Part shown: in pieces, positions 56,201-64,000 of the stretch
Layout of the letters: each line of letters starts with the position of its first letter
How positions within the stretch are numbered: position 1 is the first letter of the stretch
Assembly (NCBI GenBank): GCA_964588165.1
Contig: CAZPMS010000004.1
Span: forward strand, 32,019 to 96,018
Source of the DNA: an uncultured Gammaproteobacteria bacterium
GTDB lineage: Bacteria > Patescibacteriota > Patescibacteriia > UBA1558 > UBA10009
Length of the DNA stretch: 64,000 nt
Direction of reading: 5' to 3'
The notes under the pieces: model-generated
Database searches by the model: none
The model's input: only the letters and a program-made list of their open reading frames with translations
Told to the model about the DNA's origin: nothing
Position numbers and translations under genes: made by a program

Positions 56201-58674
56201 ACTTCACCGCTATATACTTCCCAAGAAGTGCTAGGCCATAAACTGGTATTATTATCTTCGTCTAAAATATCACATCTGATACTGCCGGCAATATAATCTT
56301 TATTATTATCGTAGTATCTTAAACACACATCTGTTCTTTGATCGCCACCGGATGATTTAAGATGGCCGCCTAAACTATAACTATAATTCCAGTTAATCGG
56401 TATAAAACCATTGGTCATGGCTCCACATTTTGTATCATCTTCAGTGACTTCAATTTTTAAAGCCGACGAATTTTGATATCCCTCATTTTCAGCCATTGAG
56501 AAAAGGCATTCCGGATCATTTCCTTCCCAAGAAACTCTTTTCCAGTCATCCGGCCAGTCTGTATCACTATCTATGTTTAATTCAAAACTACCATTAAAGG
56601 CGGTATTAATGCCCGGCAACATTCTGGAAAGTTGGCTACAGCCGGCTCCATTAGGCTGGCAACTGGCTGCTTTGGAATTAAGGTAAACTTTATAATCACT
56701 GTTCCATTCAAGCAGCTGGGATTCATCTGATGGTGTTTTATCTTGATAAGTTGAATATCGCCAACAGCCGGCGTCATTAACGCTAGGGCATTCCTGCAGG
56801 GTATCCCTTAAATAGGTAAACTGCTTATCATCTGCCCTGGCAAAGGTTTCACAACTATTATAATAATCCGAGCAACTATCTCCATTAAAACGCCAGATTG
56901 GTTTTTCTTCTAAACAATAACCATAAACACCTTGGCAATTGCCGTCATCATCTTCCTTTAAACAGGTTTGCCAATCGGCACAATATTCATTATCCCTGTT
57001 AACCAATAAAACGGGCTTATCGGGCTTTATTAAATCCAATTCACAGGCCGGACCTTCTATTTCATTATTTTGGGCATCCATGGTTTCTTCTACATTATCT
57101 TCCAGGCAAGCATACTCACTGCTGATAATTTGATAGCCATAACCTTTCCGGGCACACCAACTTTCTGGGGATTTTAAGACCCAGTTAGGATCAACTAAAT
57201 GGTAATAAGGATTAATATCTCCATTACGGCAATCTTCGGGCAAGGAATTATCATTGGGGTTGCTGGGATCTTCGAAACAATGGACCAGATCACTTAAAGT
57301 TTGAGAACTGCCAAAATTTTTAGAATATAAAGCTGCCAGTTCCCAGCCCACCGGAATAATCCGATGCTGACGCATAATAACCAAACTACGGTAAGGATAG
57401 CCCTGCCTATAATCCGGCTGGCTGCCGTCGGCATTAAAGCCTATAATTAAATTTCCATCCAAGTTCCCTCTATCCAAAGCCTCTTTAATGGTGTATCTTT
57501 GTTCAATCGCTGTAACCAATCTGGAAGGAATTACGCAATCGGTGGGCCCTGGGCATTGTTTGGTAGGGTCATCTGCACAAGGCGAATTAGGGCACTGGGT
57601 TAGTTTTTCTAAAATCCTTTCTTGGCCGCTGGTATAGCTTACTTCTGCCAGGCTGGCAAATTGATCGGCTACCGAAAGGCCAGCTTGCTGGCTGACAAAC
57701 CTAAAAGCTATATCTCCTTGAGTTGACCTGCCGCTAGATAAACCATCATCCAATAACTTTTTCATTAATTTTGCCGCTAAAGTATTGGTAAAAATTCCAA
57801 TAGAATCGGCTACAATATCTCCGGTTGGCACATCTTCAGAAATAGGCGCATCCGAAGCCAGTTCCCTGGCATACTGCTCACTAACGGCTGCCGGAGTTTT
57901 TATTAAACCGCTTATGGGCTCGGTAACAGCCTTAAAATTCTGGTTAGCCAGCCTATCAAATAACTGTTTAGTTTCTTCATCTTTAATTCTAGACCTAATG
58001 GATTGATCTAAAGTTAAATAAACGCCCACATCAGATTGCTGGGGCTTAAAAGAATCTCTTAGAGTATCCAAAAACTGCTCATTAGAATAAGTTTGGCCTA
58101 TATTACCGGCCCAGTCGGTCCAGCTTTGGTTCAGTTCATCCAAAGTACACCTGGCTGCTCCCCGGCCGGCCCTTTCTTGAAAAAGTGAATAATGGATGGC
58201 AAAACGCAAATTTAAATCTGGCGGGGTACAAACATTAAATTCAAAAAATCCGTTATCAGAAGCTAAAATATCTAAAGTATCTACTAAAGTGGTTTGATAA
58301 ACATCATCTAAAAAATCGCCCATGTTTTTAACATTAAACAAAGGCGACTGGCCTACATCGCCTTCAGCCAGTTTAGTAGCCGTATCATAAGCCAGCCTAG
58401 AAAGGAAAGTCCTTAAAGCATTTTTATAAGCAATTTTTCCGGCCCGGATAATTACCTTATCTCTTAAAAAATCCCAGGCCTCTTTAATCCAATGGACTTT
58501 TCTATCAGCACTTTCTTCAGCCTCAATAGCTATGTGCTTCCCTTTCAATGCATTAGCCACCGGATCAGTCACTGGAGTTTGAGCCTTAACTTTACTATTA
58601 ACAAAGGGAGTAAAAAAAAGAAAAAGTAAAGAAAATAATATCAAGGAAATAATTGTTTTTTGAAATATTTTCAT
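50215..58674 (-). CDS. Giant secreted Cys-rich surface protein (2819 aa) with CBM-like NGSFE modules
   Basis: Signal peptide, many Cys, three NGSFE/SNFE...D(N)I carbohydrate-binding-like segments. Confidence 0.8.
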   Translation of the reverse strand: MKIFQKTIISLILFSLLFLFFTPFVNSKVKAQTPVTDPVANALKGKHIAIEAEESADRKVHWIKEAWDFLRDKVIIRAGKIAYKNALRTFLSRLAYDTATKLAEGDVGQSPLFNVKNMGDFLDDVYQTTLVDTLDILASDNGFFEFNVCTPPDLNLRFAIHYSLFQERAGRGAARCTLDELNQSWTDWAGNIGQTYSNEQFLDTLRDSFKPQQSDVGVYLTLDQSIRSRIKDEETKQLFDRLANQNFKAVTEPISGLIKTPAAVSEQYARELASDAPISEDVPTGDIVADSIGIFTNTLAAKLMKKLLDDGLSSGRSTQGDIAFRFVSQQAGLSVADQFASLAEVSYTSGQERILEKLTQCPNSPCADDPTKQCPGPTDCVIPSRLVTAIEQRYTIKEALDRGNLDGNLIIGFNADGSQPDYRQGYPYRSLVIMRQHRIIPVGWELAALYSKNFGSSQTLSDLVHCFEDPSNPNDNSLPEDCRNGDINPYYHLVDPNWVLKSPESWCARKGYGYQIISSEYACLEDNVEETMDAQNNEIEGPACELDLIKPDKPVLLVNRDNEYCADWQTCLKEDDDGNCQGVYGYCLEEKPIWRFNGDSCSDYYNSCETFARADDKQFTYLRDTLQECPSVNDAGCWRYSTYQDKTPSDESQLLEWNSDYKVYLNSKAASCQPNGAGCSQLSRMLPGINTAFNGSFELNIDSDTDWPDDWKRVSWEGNDPECLFSMAENEGYQNSSALKIEVTEDDTKCGAMTNGFIPINWNYSYSLGGHLKSSGGDQRTDVCLRYYDNNKDYIAGSIRCDILDEDNNTSLWPSTSWEVYSGEVTGIPANAKYAVIKINGPRTTDGSGETGTVWYDNIQLAVTGSPVVAHNLDNFNFDPNNYQQDYSQDDNYARQFIRVAPEYLACEGYNDLLLDYSEANKADCFADGHYWRSDINFCVQSGDALCQNYATFCKANEIGCQGYTPLTGGPEISAKVTQDNVCPVECVGYDSYLQLNTFFEKVEDPDVDPFYQNFIPQTAQECPVQDAGCEQFTNLDEVAQGGEGIEYFTYLRQCISPNNSNIQSYFTWEGSDTSGYQLKKWNLLASNIDIGPCTNIEIGTEECQDTLETQASCTALEAETDPNCREFFDTDGDIFWRLQDRTITASGDCRPYRRTATGEIYNADPAEGISCSATFNGCREYRGNNGNNIRNVIFSNFESGISEGWENTEEGSLGIIVSNESVYQGGHSLRGFVSNDTIINNLINQISSGKEYVLSFWAKKGNVPGGTKADVEDLFEVEPVTLSTPFQKLASLFGQKAQAADPTDTTLLNFELDGLTSEWRLYNLGPVELDDVGTYGQTRLIINGLDGNEAFFVDNITLKEYTNNFYVIENSWQTPNSCDTPSDGAQLGCQQYLDRQNQIYNLKSFDFICSSTSIGCEAYLTTQNSTNYQSEKVYDNGFGGQGICNNTVGQIDADGDCIIRGEVKCNVGGGDSCNYEVAKVPNDEILYLVNDPDKQCSGSNQGCQRLGKPSFNRQLEDYTDENFIDGYGTVNLINNPDNYGSSLCSESSLFCTSFTGELTGQSAYFDPVGAGGEEESRTCYFSGNRWLRTGTDEPCYDDKFLPIEGQYNYEGWVGVCPASESTCTEYLDPEQPMFESAEICDSSISSNLTGICEDISNSYCRVEINGIQHKVCREEGNDFNTLGCTQAAPGEDIYYSAYDWYCDIGDPAVGPDGEDCCIGPSGDNRCSTHPDADAVRACSVQEGDEYCIYNSVCEPYYYLNNTLEVGEACKDGVVDREAGCLLFNDTSNNSLDWSSQATADGNTPANCDTEAPFTSNSYCDSNKYYSVVKDRECSEWLQCGGAIQVSEGEYSCLDLVRCKGLNPENSSECADLVPPTSAPEVQTFDFGTEVDKTRYLSGYSHVGLDWGDGNVIEGYYSPENMQQVGHKVKVDNGSFENFSGDLDSSPNIKNWLANWADSEGINGFYTTRDYCSYSLDTNKVLAGQYSLSITLREEDPDNDQTICPFSSRGGNDNGFYFIDPDSYYSLIHYSLSSNSQIRGAAGLTWFDGNFNQCKDGVSAGSPGYCGISSGGSNVRGIYCNPTSNKCSTSPSHPTSASDWQKGIITFGPEGESHSFKEIPPDAKYVRIDLRNLENDTYPFKGTIWYDNILLEPVLEVNESTLVGKDCRLFPREDSPSCSYQTNQLFNGWNGYCLEPDPYYQNNVSSPDNWQNCLQWYPVDSLSGDMSSIFNIADIGYQDRRPLYYCLQSQGRANYSDNYSDVCQEIPSDVGENGYCGYKWATNIKMAWHDRFSDIVVSVPSHSIFFSDSSPEELWSLNYSEIQAINVLTTFDDSEECYPQFETIYSLLYEPVGNYYYFNWKCMGDGWGRQEGSYGEEGPSGGTRVRVNFDDFGNIETVAYGAADGDNQDDDWGFRLIFYLKDVCTEIVQVVNEEGEEKAWLDRFNYGWSYGSGNELGLTKNMPASVLNSSPYGSFVQPENELPNSWNPSILPLSVFQGGSYNKYYAGFPISTQDTMTIPAATAGRTCISGPALGNECLESDIGDGEDLINDCSTNIEAGICSGIGKFCYNSFNNLTNGQPCSTNNDCVEEAYGTCRGLGNENEEDPNFVLGELQMPIYSGSRGNPGQQDALERIQNLFAKIYGVWQWDGSSYELCNPWPDGTEDCGIASLDQMDISDDPDISTPPAITDLRVDGASDLKAPGGLVYLNFTSSVDPDQMPIEQIYIEWGDETGGIGDLEYGPFIQGNHSFYNYYTCITNTKGDRCIECPGGSLVGDDCVFDAPAVNLVDHWGWCASGDHDNCVTSNLISTGEEIRIRPKD

Positions 58675-58691
58675 TATATTTTTAAAATATA

Positions 58692-59468
58692 TTAACTTTC
58701 AGTTTGCATTTCAGATTTTAATACTTCTCCCCAAACATCAAGCAAATCTTGATCAGTTAAATTATCTAAATCATCTTTATTAAAGCCTTCTTGCAAGAGT
58801 AAGCTTCTTAACTGATCAGGCGTTATTAAATTATAGTTTTCCGGTTGAAGTTCTTGAAAATTCCCGCTACTGCCTTCTACTTCCTGAACGGTTTCTGCAT
58901 AAAGCTGGCTTAAGGTTTCATCGTCAAGGGCATTTACATCATCCTCACTAAAGCCGCTTTGGATTAACAATAAACGAATTTCTGCTGGCGTTAAATCTGC
59001 TTCCAAACCTGGCAACTCTGTTATTTGATCGCCCGGCAATAGCAAACTGCAATCTTGGCCGGTTGGGCAGTTGGGATCATAATTATTTTGGATTTCATCA
59101 AAATCGGTAAAGCCGTCGGAATCTGAATCAGGCAAATAAGGCGAAGTTTGATAAAGGTATAATTCATCATAATCAGAAAGGCCGTCTAGATCTGTATCTT
59201 TTTGCTGAAGCTCCAATAAATTTGCTACATCATTTTCTGCTAAATTAAAGTTGGCGTTAAGCTCTTGAATATCGCCTTCTTTGGCAAAAGGAACTTTTAA
59301 AGAATTTAACCAGCCGTTAACCGAAAAAAATAAGCCAACTACCGAAATTATTACAATTAAAAATAGGGCTATTTTAGGACTAGATTCTTTTTTTTTGACC
59401 TCCTCTTTGGTTTCTTCAAAAATCTCTTTATCTGTTAAAACTTCTTTTTCTTGATCCAAATTTTCCAT
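58692..59468 (-). CDS. TM protein with Ca-binding DxDxDG (thrombospondin type-3-like) repeats
   Basis: DTDLDGLSDYDE...TSPYLPDSDSDGFTDFDE; start reassigned to MENLDQ. Confidence 0.75.
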   Translation of the reverse strand: MENLDQEKEVLTDKEIFEETKEEVKKKESSPKIALFLIVIISVVGLFFSVNGWLNSLKVPFAKEGDIQELNANFNLAENDVANLLELQQKDTDLDGLSDYDELYLYQTSPYLPDSDSDGFTDFDEIQNNYDPNCPTGQDCSLLLPGDQITELPGLEADLTPAEIRLLLIQSGFSEDDVNALDDETLSQLYAETVQEVEGSSGNFQELQPENYNLITPDQLRSLLLQEGFNKDDLDNLTDQDLLDVWGEVLKSEMQTES

Positions 59469-59565
59469 AAAATTTATACTAAAACAACAGACATAATAAT
59501 TGTTCAAAAAGGCGTCTGGATTAGTTAATTATATCAGATTTTTCTCTTTTTCGTCAATGAAATCA

Positions 59566-59632
59566 GGTGGTAGAAAGTAGGTTGTAGTAAGTAGAAAAAG
59601 CGAATTACTACCAACTACAACCTACTCACTAA
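59566..59632. repeat. Intergenic inverted heptamer array (aagtag / ctac)
   Basis: ggtagaa agtaggt tgtagta agtagaa ... ctaccaa ctacaac ctactca. Confidence 0.6.
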
Positions 59633-60458
59633 TTTCTGCGAATTCAATGGACAAACTTAACCAATCTTTCACTGATAATTCTTGGGCCCTGGCAACGGGC
59701 TTAATTCCTGATTTTTCTATGATTTTCTTAGTTTTTTCTTTGGAAAAATGGAAGCTATTGGCTAAATTATTTTCTATGGTTTTTCTTTTTGAACAAAAAC
59801 CTGCCCTTACCATCTGCCAATACTTTTTTTCTTCAATTTCTTCTGAAAACGGAAAATCTATAATATTTTTAAAATGAATAATAGCCGATTCCACATTTGG
59901 TGCCGGATAAAATGACTCGTGGCCCACATCAGCTATAATTTCGGGCTGGCAATAAAGTTGAACCGAAACACTAAGCAAACTCATCTCGCCAACTGGAGCA
60001 CAAATTCTTTCGGCAACTTCTTTCTGTAATAAAAGAGTGATTGATTGAGGCTTTTTTTCTGCTGTTAAAAACTTCTTTAAAAAGGCCGATGAAATACCAT
60101 AGGGAAGGTTTGATACTATTTTATAATTGGTTATTGGTAATTGGTTATTGGTAATTTTTAATATATCTTTATTTACGACTTTTAAATTATCAACTACTTC
60201 TGATAAATTTTTTAGATTTGCAAAAAGCTTTTTATCCAGCTCCACCGCAATTACTTTCCTGGCCAATTTAACCAGCTCTTGGGTTAAAAAGCCAAAACCC
60301 GGACCCACTTCTAAAACTGTGTCTGATTTTTTAATTCCGGCTGTTTTAACCATCTGGCTTAAAACGTTTTCATCTATACAAAAATTCTGACCTTTTAGTT
60401 TATCCGGAGTAAGGCCGGTTTTTTTGATAAGATACTTTGTCTGTTCGAGTAAATCCAT
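59622..60458 (-). CDS. rsmA: 16S rRNA dimethyladenosine transferase RsmA/KsgA
   Basis: GQNF, VLEVGPGFG, VSNLPY, LQKEVAERI, FYPAPNVESA. Confidence 0.95.
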   Translation of the reverse strand: MDLLEQTKYLIKKTGLTPDKLKGQNFCIDENVLSQMVKTAGIKKSDTVLEVGPGFGFLTQELVKLARKVIAVELDKKLFANLKNLSEVVDNLKVVNKDILKITNNQLPITNYKIVSNLPYGISSAFLKKFLTAEKKPQSITLLLQKEVAERICAPVGEMSLLSVSVQLYCQPEIIADVGHESFYPAPNVESAIIHFKNIIDFPFSEEIEEKKYWQMVRAGFCSKRKTIENNLANSFHFSKEKTKKIIEKSGIKPVARAQELSVKDWLSLSIEFAEISE

Positions 60459-60491
60459 AGTATAAATTATATGGAAAAATTTTGCCTATCC

Positions 60492-60576
60492 TGTCATCCT
60501 GAGCTTGTCGAAGGATCCCGTATTACCCGAAACATACTATATTAAACGGGATCTCTCCATTACAGTCGAGATGACA
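60492..60576. repeat. TGTCAT...ATGACA cruciform element, copy 5 (overlaps tsaC stop)
   Basis: tgtcatcctgagcttgtcgaaggatcccg...cgggatctc...gagatgaca. Confidence 0.85.
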
Positions 60577-61189
60577 ATCGTGGAAAAATTTTTCCTTTTC
60601 TTAATATTTTAATCTGACCATCTGTTATCTTAACAACTGTTGATGCTTTCCTCTTAGGTAATCTGCCGGCATCTATAATTAAATCCGGCTTATACTTTCT
60701 TTTTTCAAACTGGCTCTCAATTTCATCCACAGAATAACAATCCAGCTTACCAGAAATATTGGCGCTTGTCGATGTTAATGGTTTACCCAATTTCCTAACA
60801 ATTAAAGTAGCTAATTTATTAGATGAGATCCTCAAACCTAAAGTTTTATAATTTTTAATTCTAAATTCTTTTAAAATTTGTATTTTAAAATTTAAAATTA
60901 TCGTCAGCGGTCCTGGCCAATATTTTTTAGCCAAAGCTGATGAAACTTTATTAAAACTGACAAATCTTTTGGCCATAGCCAAACTGCTGACCAAAACAGC
61001 CAGAGGTTTTTTAAAATTCCGGCCTTTTATTTTATAAATCTTGGCAATAGCTTTAAGGTTTAAAAAATCAGCTCCTAATCCGTAAGCTGTTTCTGTTGGA
61101 TAAACGATAATCCCGCCTCTTTTTAAGACTTTTACTGCTTCTTTTATAACTAAGGTTCTGTTTAATTTATTTAGTGCCAGTTTCTTCAT
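60560..61189 (-). CDS. tsaC: L-threonylcarbamoyladenylate synthase (TsaC/Sua5)
   Basis: YPTETAYGL, KGR..KKPL, WPGPLT, TSTSANISG. Confidence 0.93.
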   Translation of the reverse strand: MKKLALNKLNRTLVIKEAVKVLKRGGIIVYPTETAYGLGADFLNLKAIAKIYKIKGRNFKKPLAVLVSSLAMAKRFVSFNKVSSALAKKYWPGPLTIILNFKIQILKEFRIKNYKTLGLRISSNKLATLIVRKLGKPLTSTSANISGKLDCYSVDEIESQFEKRKYKPDLIIDAGRLPKRKASTVVKITDGQIKILRKGKIFPRLSSRL

Positions 61190-62360
61190 GTAAACCTTGT
61201 TTAGGTAATAAATTAACTAGTAACGAGGCAAGAGCGGCCAGAATAAAAATTAAATTCAGAGGCAAATACTGAAGCAAAACTAAAATAACCACCATTACAA
61301 ATACTCTGCCGGTTTGCTGGAACATTTCCTTTAAGGCTGAATATTCATCAACATAATGTCCGCTGTCGGATGTTTTTTCGTAAACTAAAGCGTTCCAAGG
61401 GGTTTTAAGTAAAATCATGGCAAAATTATGGTAGGTTGAAGCAAAAAATATCTGAACCGAAGTAGTAATGAATATTTTTACCAGCCAGCCGATGGAATAA
61501 AAAATGGAGCCGATCCGCATCATTTTTCTTTTATTAAAACGGTCTGTGTAATCACCAACAATTAACTTTAAAATAACAGCCACCAAAGTTATTACCGAAG
61601 TTATAGCGCCCACTGCCAAATACTGCCCATTTAACAGCTGCCAAATAAACACCGGCCACAATACTGCGCCGATCCAATTTTCGGCGCCATCTGCCATATA
61701 AGCTACCATCATCTTCCGGTTTTTCTTTGAAAAATATTCTTTCCAGACTCTTAAATACGGCCAAGTAAATTTTTCTTTTACTATAGGCAAAAACCTTAAG
61801 GGCACAATAGCCATTAAAATAAGAATTATCACAATCACAAAAACTATCTTAAAGCCAAATTCCTTAATTAAAAATCCGGAAACTACCGGAATAATAACGC
61901 CAAAAAAAGTGGATATAGAATCAAGCAAACCAATCTGCTTGCCTCGGTTTTTGCCTTCAGAAAACTTGGCAAAGTCAGTATGGTAAGGCACCCAAAAAAG
62001 CATTCTATAAACTGTTAAAGATAAACCGGCCACTATTGTCCAAATTAAAATATCAGTTTCAAAAAAATAAAGAGCTAAATAAAAAGAGGCCAAGAATGGT
62101 AATGATAAGCTTAAAGAAAGCCTGATGCCGATAACATTCATTATTTTAGCGCCCGGTGCTACAAAAAATAAATAAGCCAGCCAGGTAAATAAATAAAACA
62201 AAATCATTTTTTCCAAACTGCCGTATTGCTGGATTAAAAAAATGGGCAAAAACAATCCTGTAAAACCAAAAGCCACTAATATAATTGTCCTTGAGGTAAA
62301 TAAAGATGCCAATCCCGGAGGCAGCATATCTTTATCTTTATAGTGTGATAAAATGGACAT
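61167..62360 (-). CDS. MFS transporter
   Basis: About 12 TM helices, GDYTDRFNKRK motif-A-like loop. Confidence 0.8.
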   Translation of the reverse strand: MSILSHYKDKDMLPPGLASLFTSRTIILVAFGFTGLFLPIFLIQQYGSLEKMILFYLFTWLAYLFFVAPGAKIMNVIGIRLSLSLSLPFLASFYLALYFFETDILIWTIVAGLSLTVYRMLFWVPYHTDFAKFSEGKNRGKQIGLLDSISTFFGVIIPVVSGFLIKEFGFKIVFVIVIILILMAIVPLRFLPIVKEKFTWPYLRVWKEYFSKKNRKMMVAYMADGAENWIGAVLWPVFIWQLLNGQYLAVGAITSVITLVAVILKLIVGDYTDRFNKRKMMRIGSIFYSIGWLVKIFITTSVQIFFASTYHNFAMILLKTPWNALVYEKTSDSGHYVDEYSALKEMFQQTGRVFVMVVILVLLQYLPLNLIFILAALASLLVNLLPKQGLHEETGTK

Positions 62361-62366
62361 GAATTT

Positions 62367-64000
62367 TTAAACTACTAAATTAATTAACTTATCTTTAATA
62401 TAAATTACTTTCTTAATTTTTTTACCCTCTAAATGTTTTTTAACGTTTGGCAAATCTATCACCTTTTTCTTTATGTCAGCTTCACTTGTGCCCCGTTCTG
62501 TTTTGATGCTTTCACGGACTTTGCCGTTTACCTGGATTACAATTGTAACTTCATCGTCAACTACCAACTTTTTATCAAACTCCGGCCATTCTTGTTTAAA
62601 GATTGAATCTTTATATTTTTTATTGTTATAGTTTTTTGAAAAACCACTCCATAGCTCTTCACATATATGAGGTGCGAAAGGAGAAAGCATGATTAAAAAA
62701 CTTTCAAAAATTCTCTGTTCTTTTTTAAAATCAACACAATGTAAATTTCTTGATTCATTTATAAAAATCATCAATGATGAGATGGCCGTGTTAAACCTAA
62801 TATTTTCAATATCTTCAGTTACTTTCTTAATTGTTTTATTAATTAAAATATTTAATTTTTTATAATTTTCTTCATCCTTTTCGATCATCGCTGGAGAATA
62901 AAGATCATTTGCCCTATCTCTAACCTTTTCCAAAAATCTTCTTATGCCAATTATACCTTTTGAGGACCACGGCTTGGAATCTTCCAAGGGGCCCATAAAC
63001 ATTTCGTACATTCTTAGGGTATCTGCACCATATTCTTCTACCACTTCATCCGGATTTATAACATTGCCCCAACGTTTAGACATTTTCCTGCCATCTTCTG
63101 CCAAAATAATTCCTTGGTTTCTCATTTTTAGGAAAGGCTCGTCAAAACTTAAATATCCCATATCTCTTAAAGCTTTTACAATGAATCTGGAATAGATTAA
63201 ATGGCCTACAGCATGTTCCATGCCGCCAATATATAAATCTATTGGCATCCAATATTTAAGTGACTTCTTGGAAAAAGCTTCCTTTTCATTTTTAGCATCG
63301 CAGTATCTTAAAAAATACCATGATGAGCAGACGAATGTGTCCATGGTGTCTGATTCCCTACGGGCTTGGCCGCCACATTTAGGACATTTAACTTTATGAA
63401 AAGTCTTTGATGATTTAAGTGGTGATTCACCAGTTGGTTTAAAGTCTACATCTTCTGGCAGTTTGACCGGTAAATCTTTTTCCGGAACCGGAACTGCTCC
63501 ACATTTATCACAATAGATAATAGGGATCGGTGCACCCCAGTATCTTTGGCGGCTGACTAACCAATCTCTGATTTTATATTGAATCTTTTTTTCTCCTTTG
63601 ACGAACTTGGTAATTTTATCTTTAGCTTCTGCTGATGATAAGCCATTAAATTTGTCTGAATTAATCATTTTACCCTCACCTGTAAAACCATAACCTCCTC
63701 CTTGTTTCATTGATTCAAAAACTTTTTCAAGATATCTTTTTTCAGCTTCATCGTATGACTCACCATCTCTTTGAGCAATCATATCATCTGGAAAATGATT
63801 ATTCTTAATATCTTCTATTGAATTTGGTTCAATAACATACTTAATAGAAATATTATTTATTGATGCGAACTCAAAATCCCGCTGGTCATGAGCAGGTACA
63901 GCCATAATAGCGCCGGTGCCATAGCCGGTTAAAACATAATCTGCAATCCAAACCGGTATTTCTTTTTTGTTAGCCGGGTTGATTACCTTAATGCCTTTAA
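62367..64000 (-). CDS. leuS: Leucyl-tRNA synthetase (5' part outside window)
   Basis: GYGTGAIMAVPAHDQRD, DWLVSRQRYWG, ESDTMDTF, GGMEHA, KMSK, VQVNGKVR. Confidence 0.96.
   Translation of the reverse strand, partial: KGIKVINPANKKEIPVWIADYVLTGYGTGAIMAVPAHDQRDFEFASINNISIKYVIEPNSIEDIKNNHFPDDMIAQRDGESYDEAEKRYLEKVFESMKQGGGYGFTGEGKMINSDKFNGLSSAEAKDKITKFVKGEKKIQYKIRDWLVSRQRYWGAPIPIIYCDKCGAVPVPEKDLPVKLPEDVDFKPTGESPLKSSKTFHKVKCPKCGGQARRESDTMDTFVCSSWYFLRYCDAKNEKEAFSKKSLKYWMPIDLYIGGMEHAVGHLIYSRFIVKALRDMGYLSFDEPFLKMRNQGIILAEDGRKMSKRWGNVINPDEVVEEYGADTLRMYEMFMGPLEDSKPWSSKGIIGIRRFLEKVRDRANDLYSPAMIEKDEENYKKLNILINKTIKKVTEDIENIRFNTAISSLMIFINESRNLHCVDFKKEQRIFESFLIMLSPFAPHICEELWSGFSKNYNNKKYKDSIFKQEWPEFDKKLVVDDEVTIVIQVNGKVRESIKTERGTSEADIKKKVIDLPNVKKHLEGKKIKKVIYIKDKLINLVV

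Overview
AT-rich bacterial chromosomal segment. Gene content (VirB4/PrgI/VirB6-like/pilin cluster, giant Cys-rich surface proteins, few SD motifs, tRNA-Arg(GCG)) is typical of Patescibacteria/CPR (inference). Standard code: TGA is used as a stop. Housekeeping genes: lemA, htpX, clpC, comF, sod, ahpC, recG, rpsF-ssb-rpsR, efp, rsmA, tsaC, partial leuS, and three tRNAs. The most striking locus (26.7-42.3 kb) is an array of eight divergent paralogs, each a variable helical domain plus a phospho-His swivel domain. Next to it are one stand-alone PEP-synthase-type ATP-grasp gene, a tandem HAD phosphatase and a GC-rich histidine-phosphatase-like cassette. This looks like a split, modular rifampin-phosphotransferase-like dikinase system. 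The window also carries several families of tiny palindromic or tandem-repeat elements, some nested and some in-frame inside genes. These are associated with GIY-YIG, GxxExxY and four-helix-bundle genes or relics, including a GIY-YIG gene that has invaded the 5' end of tRNA-Ser(GCT). All family calls come from motif recognition by eye; no searches were run.
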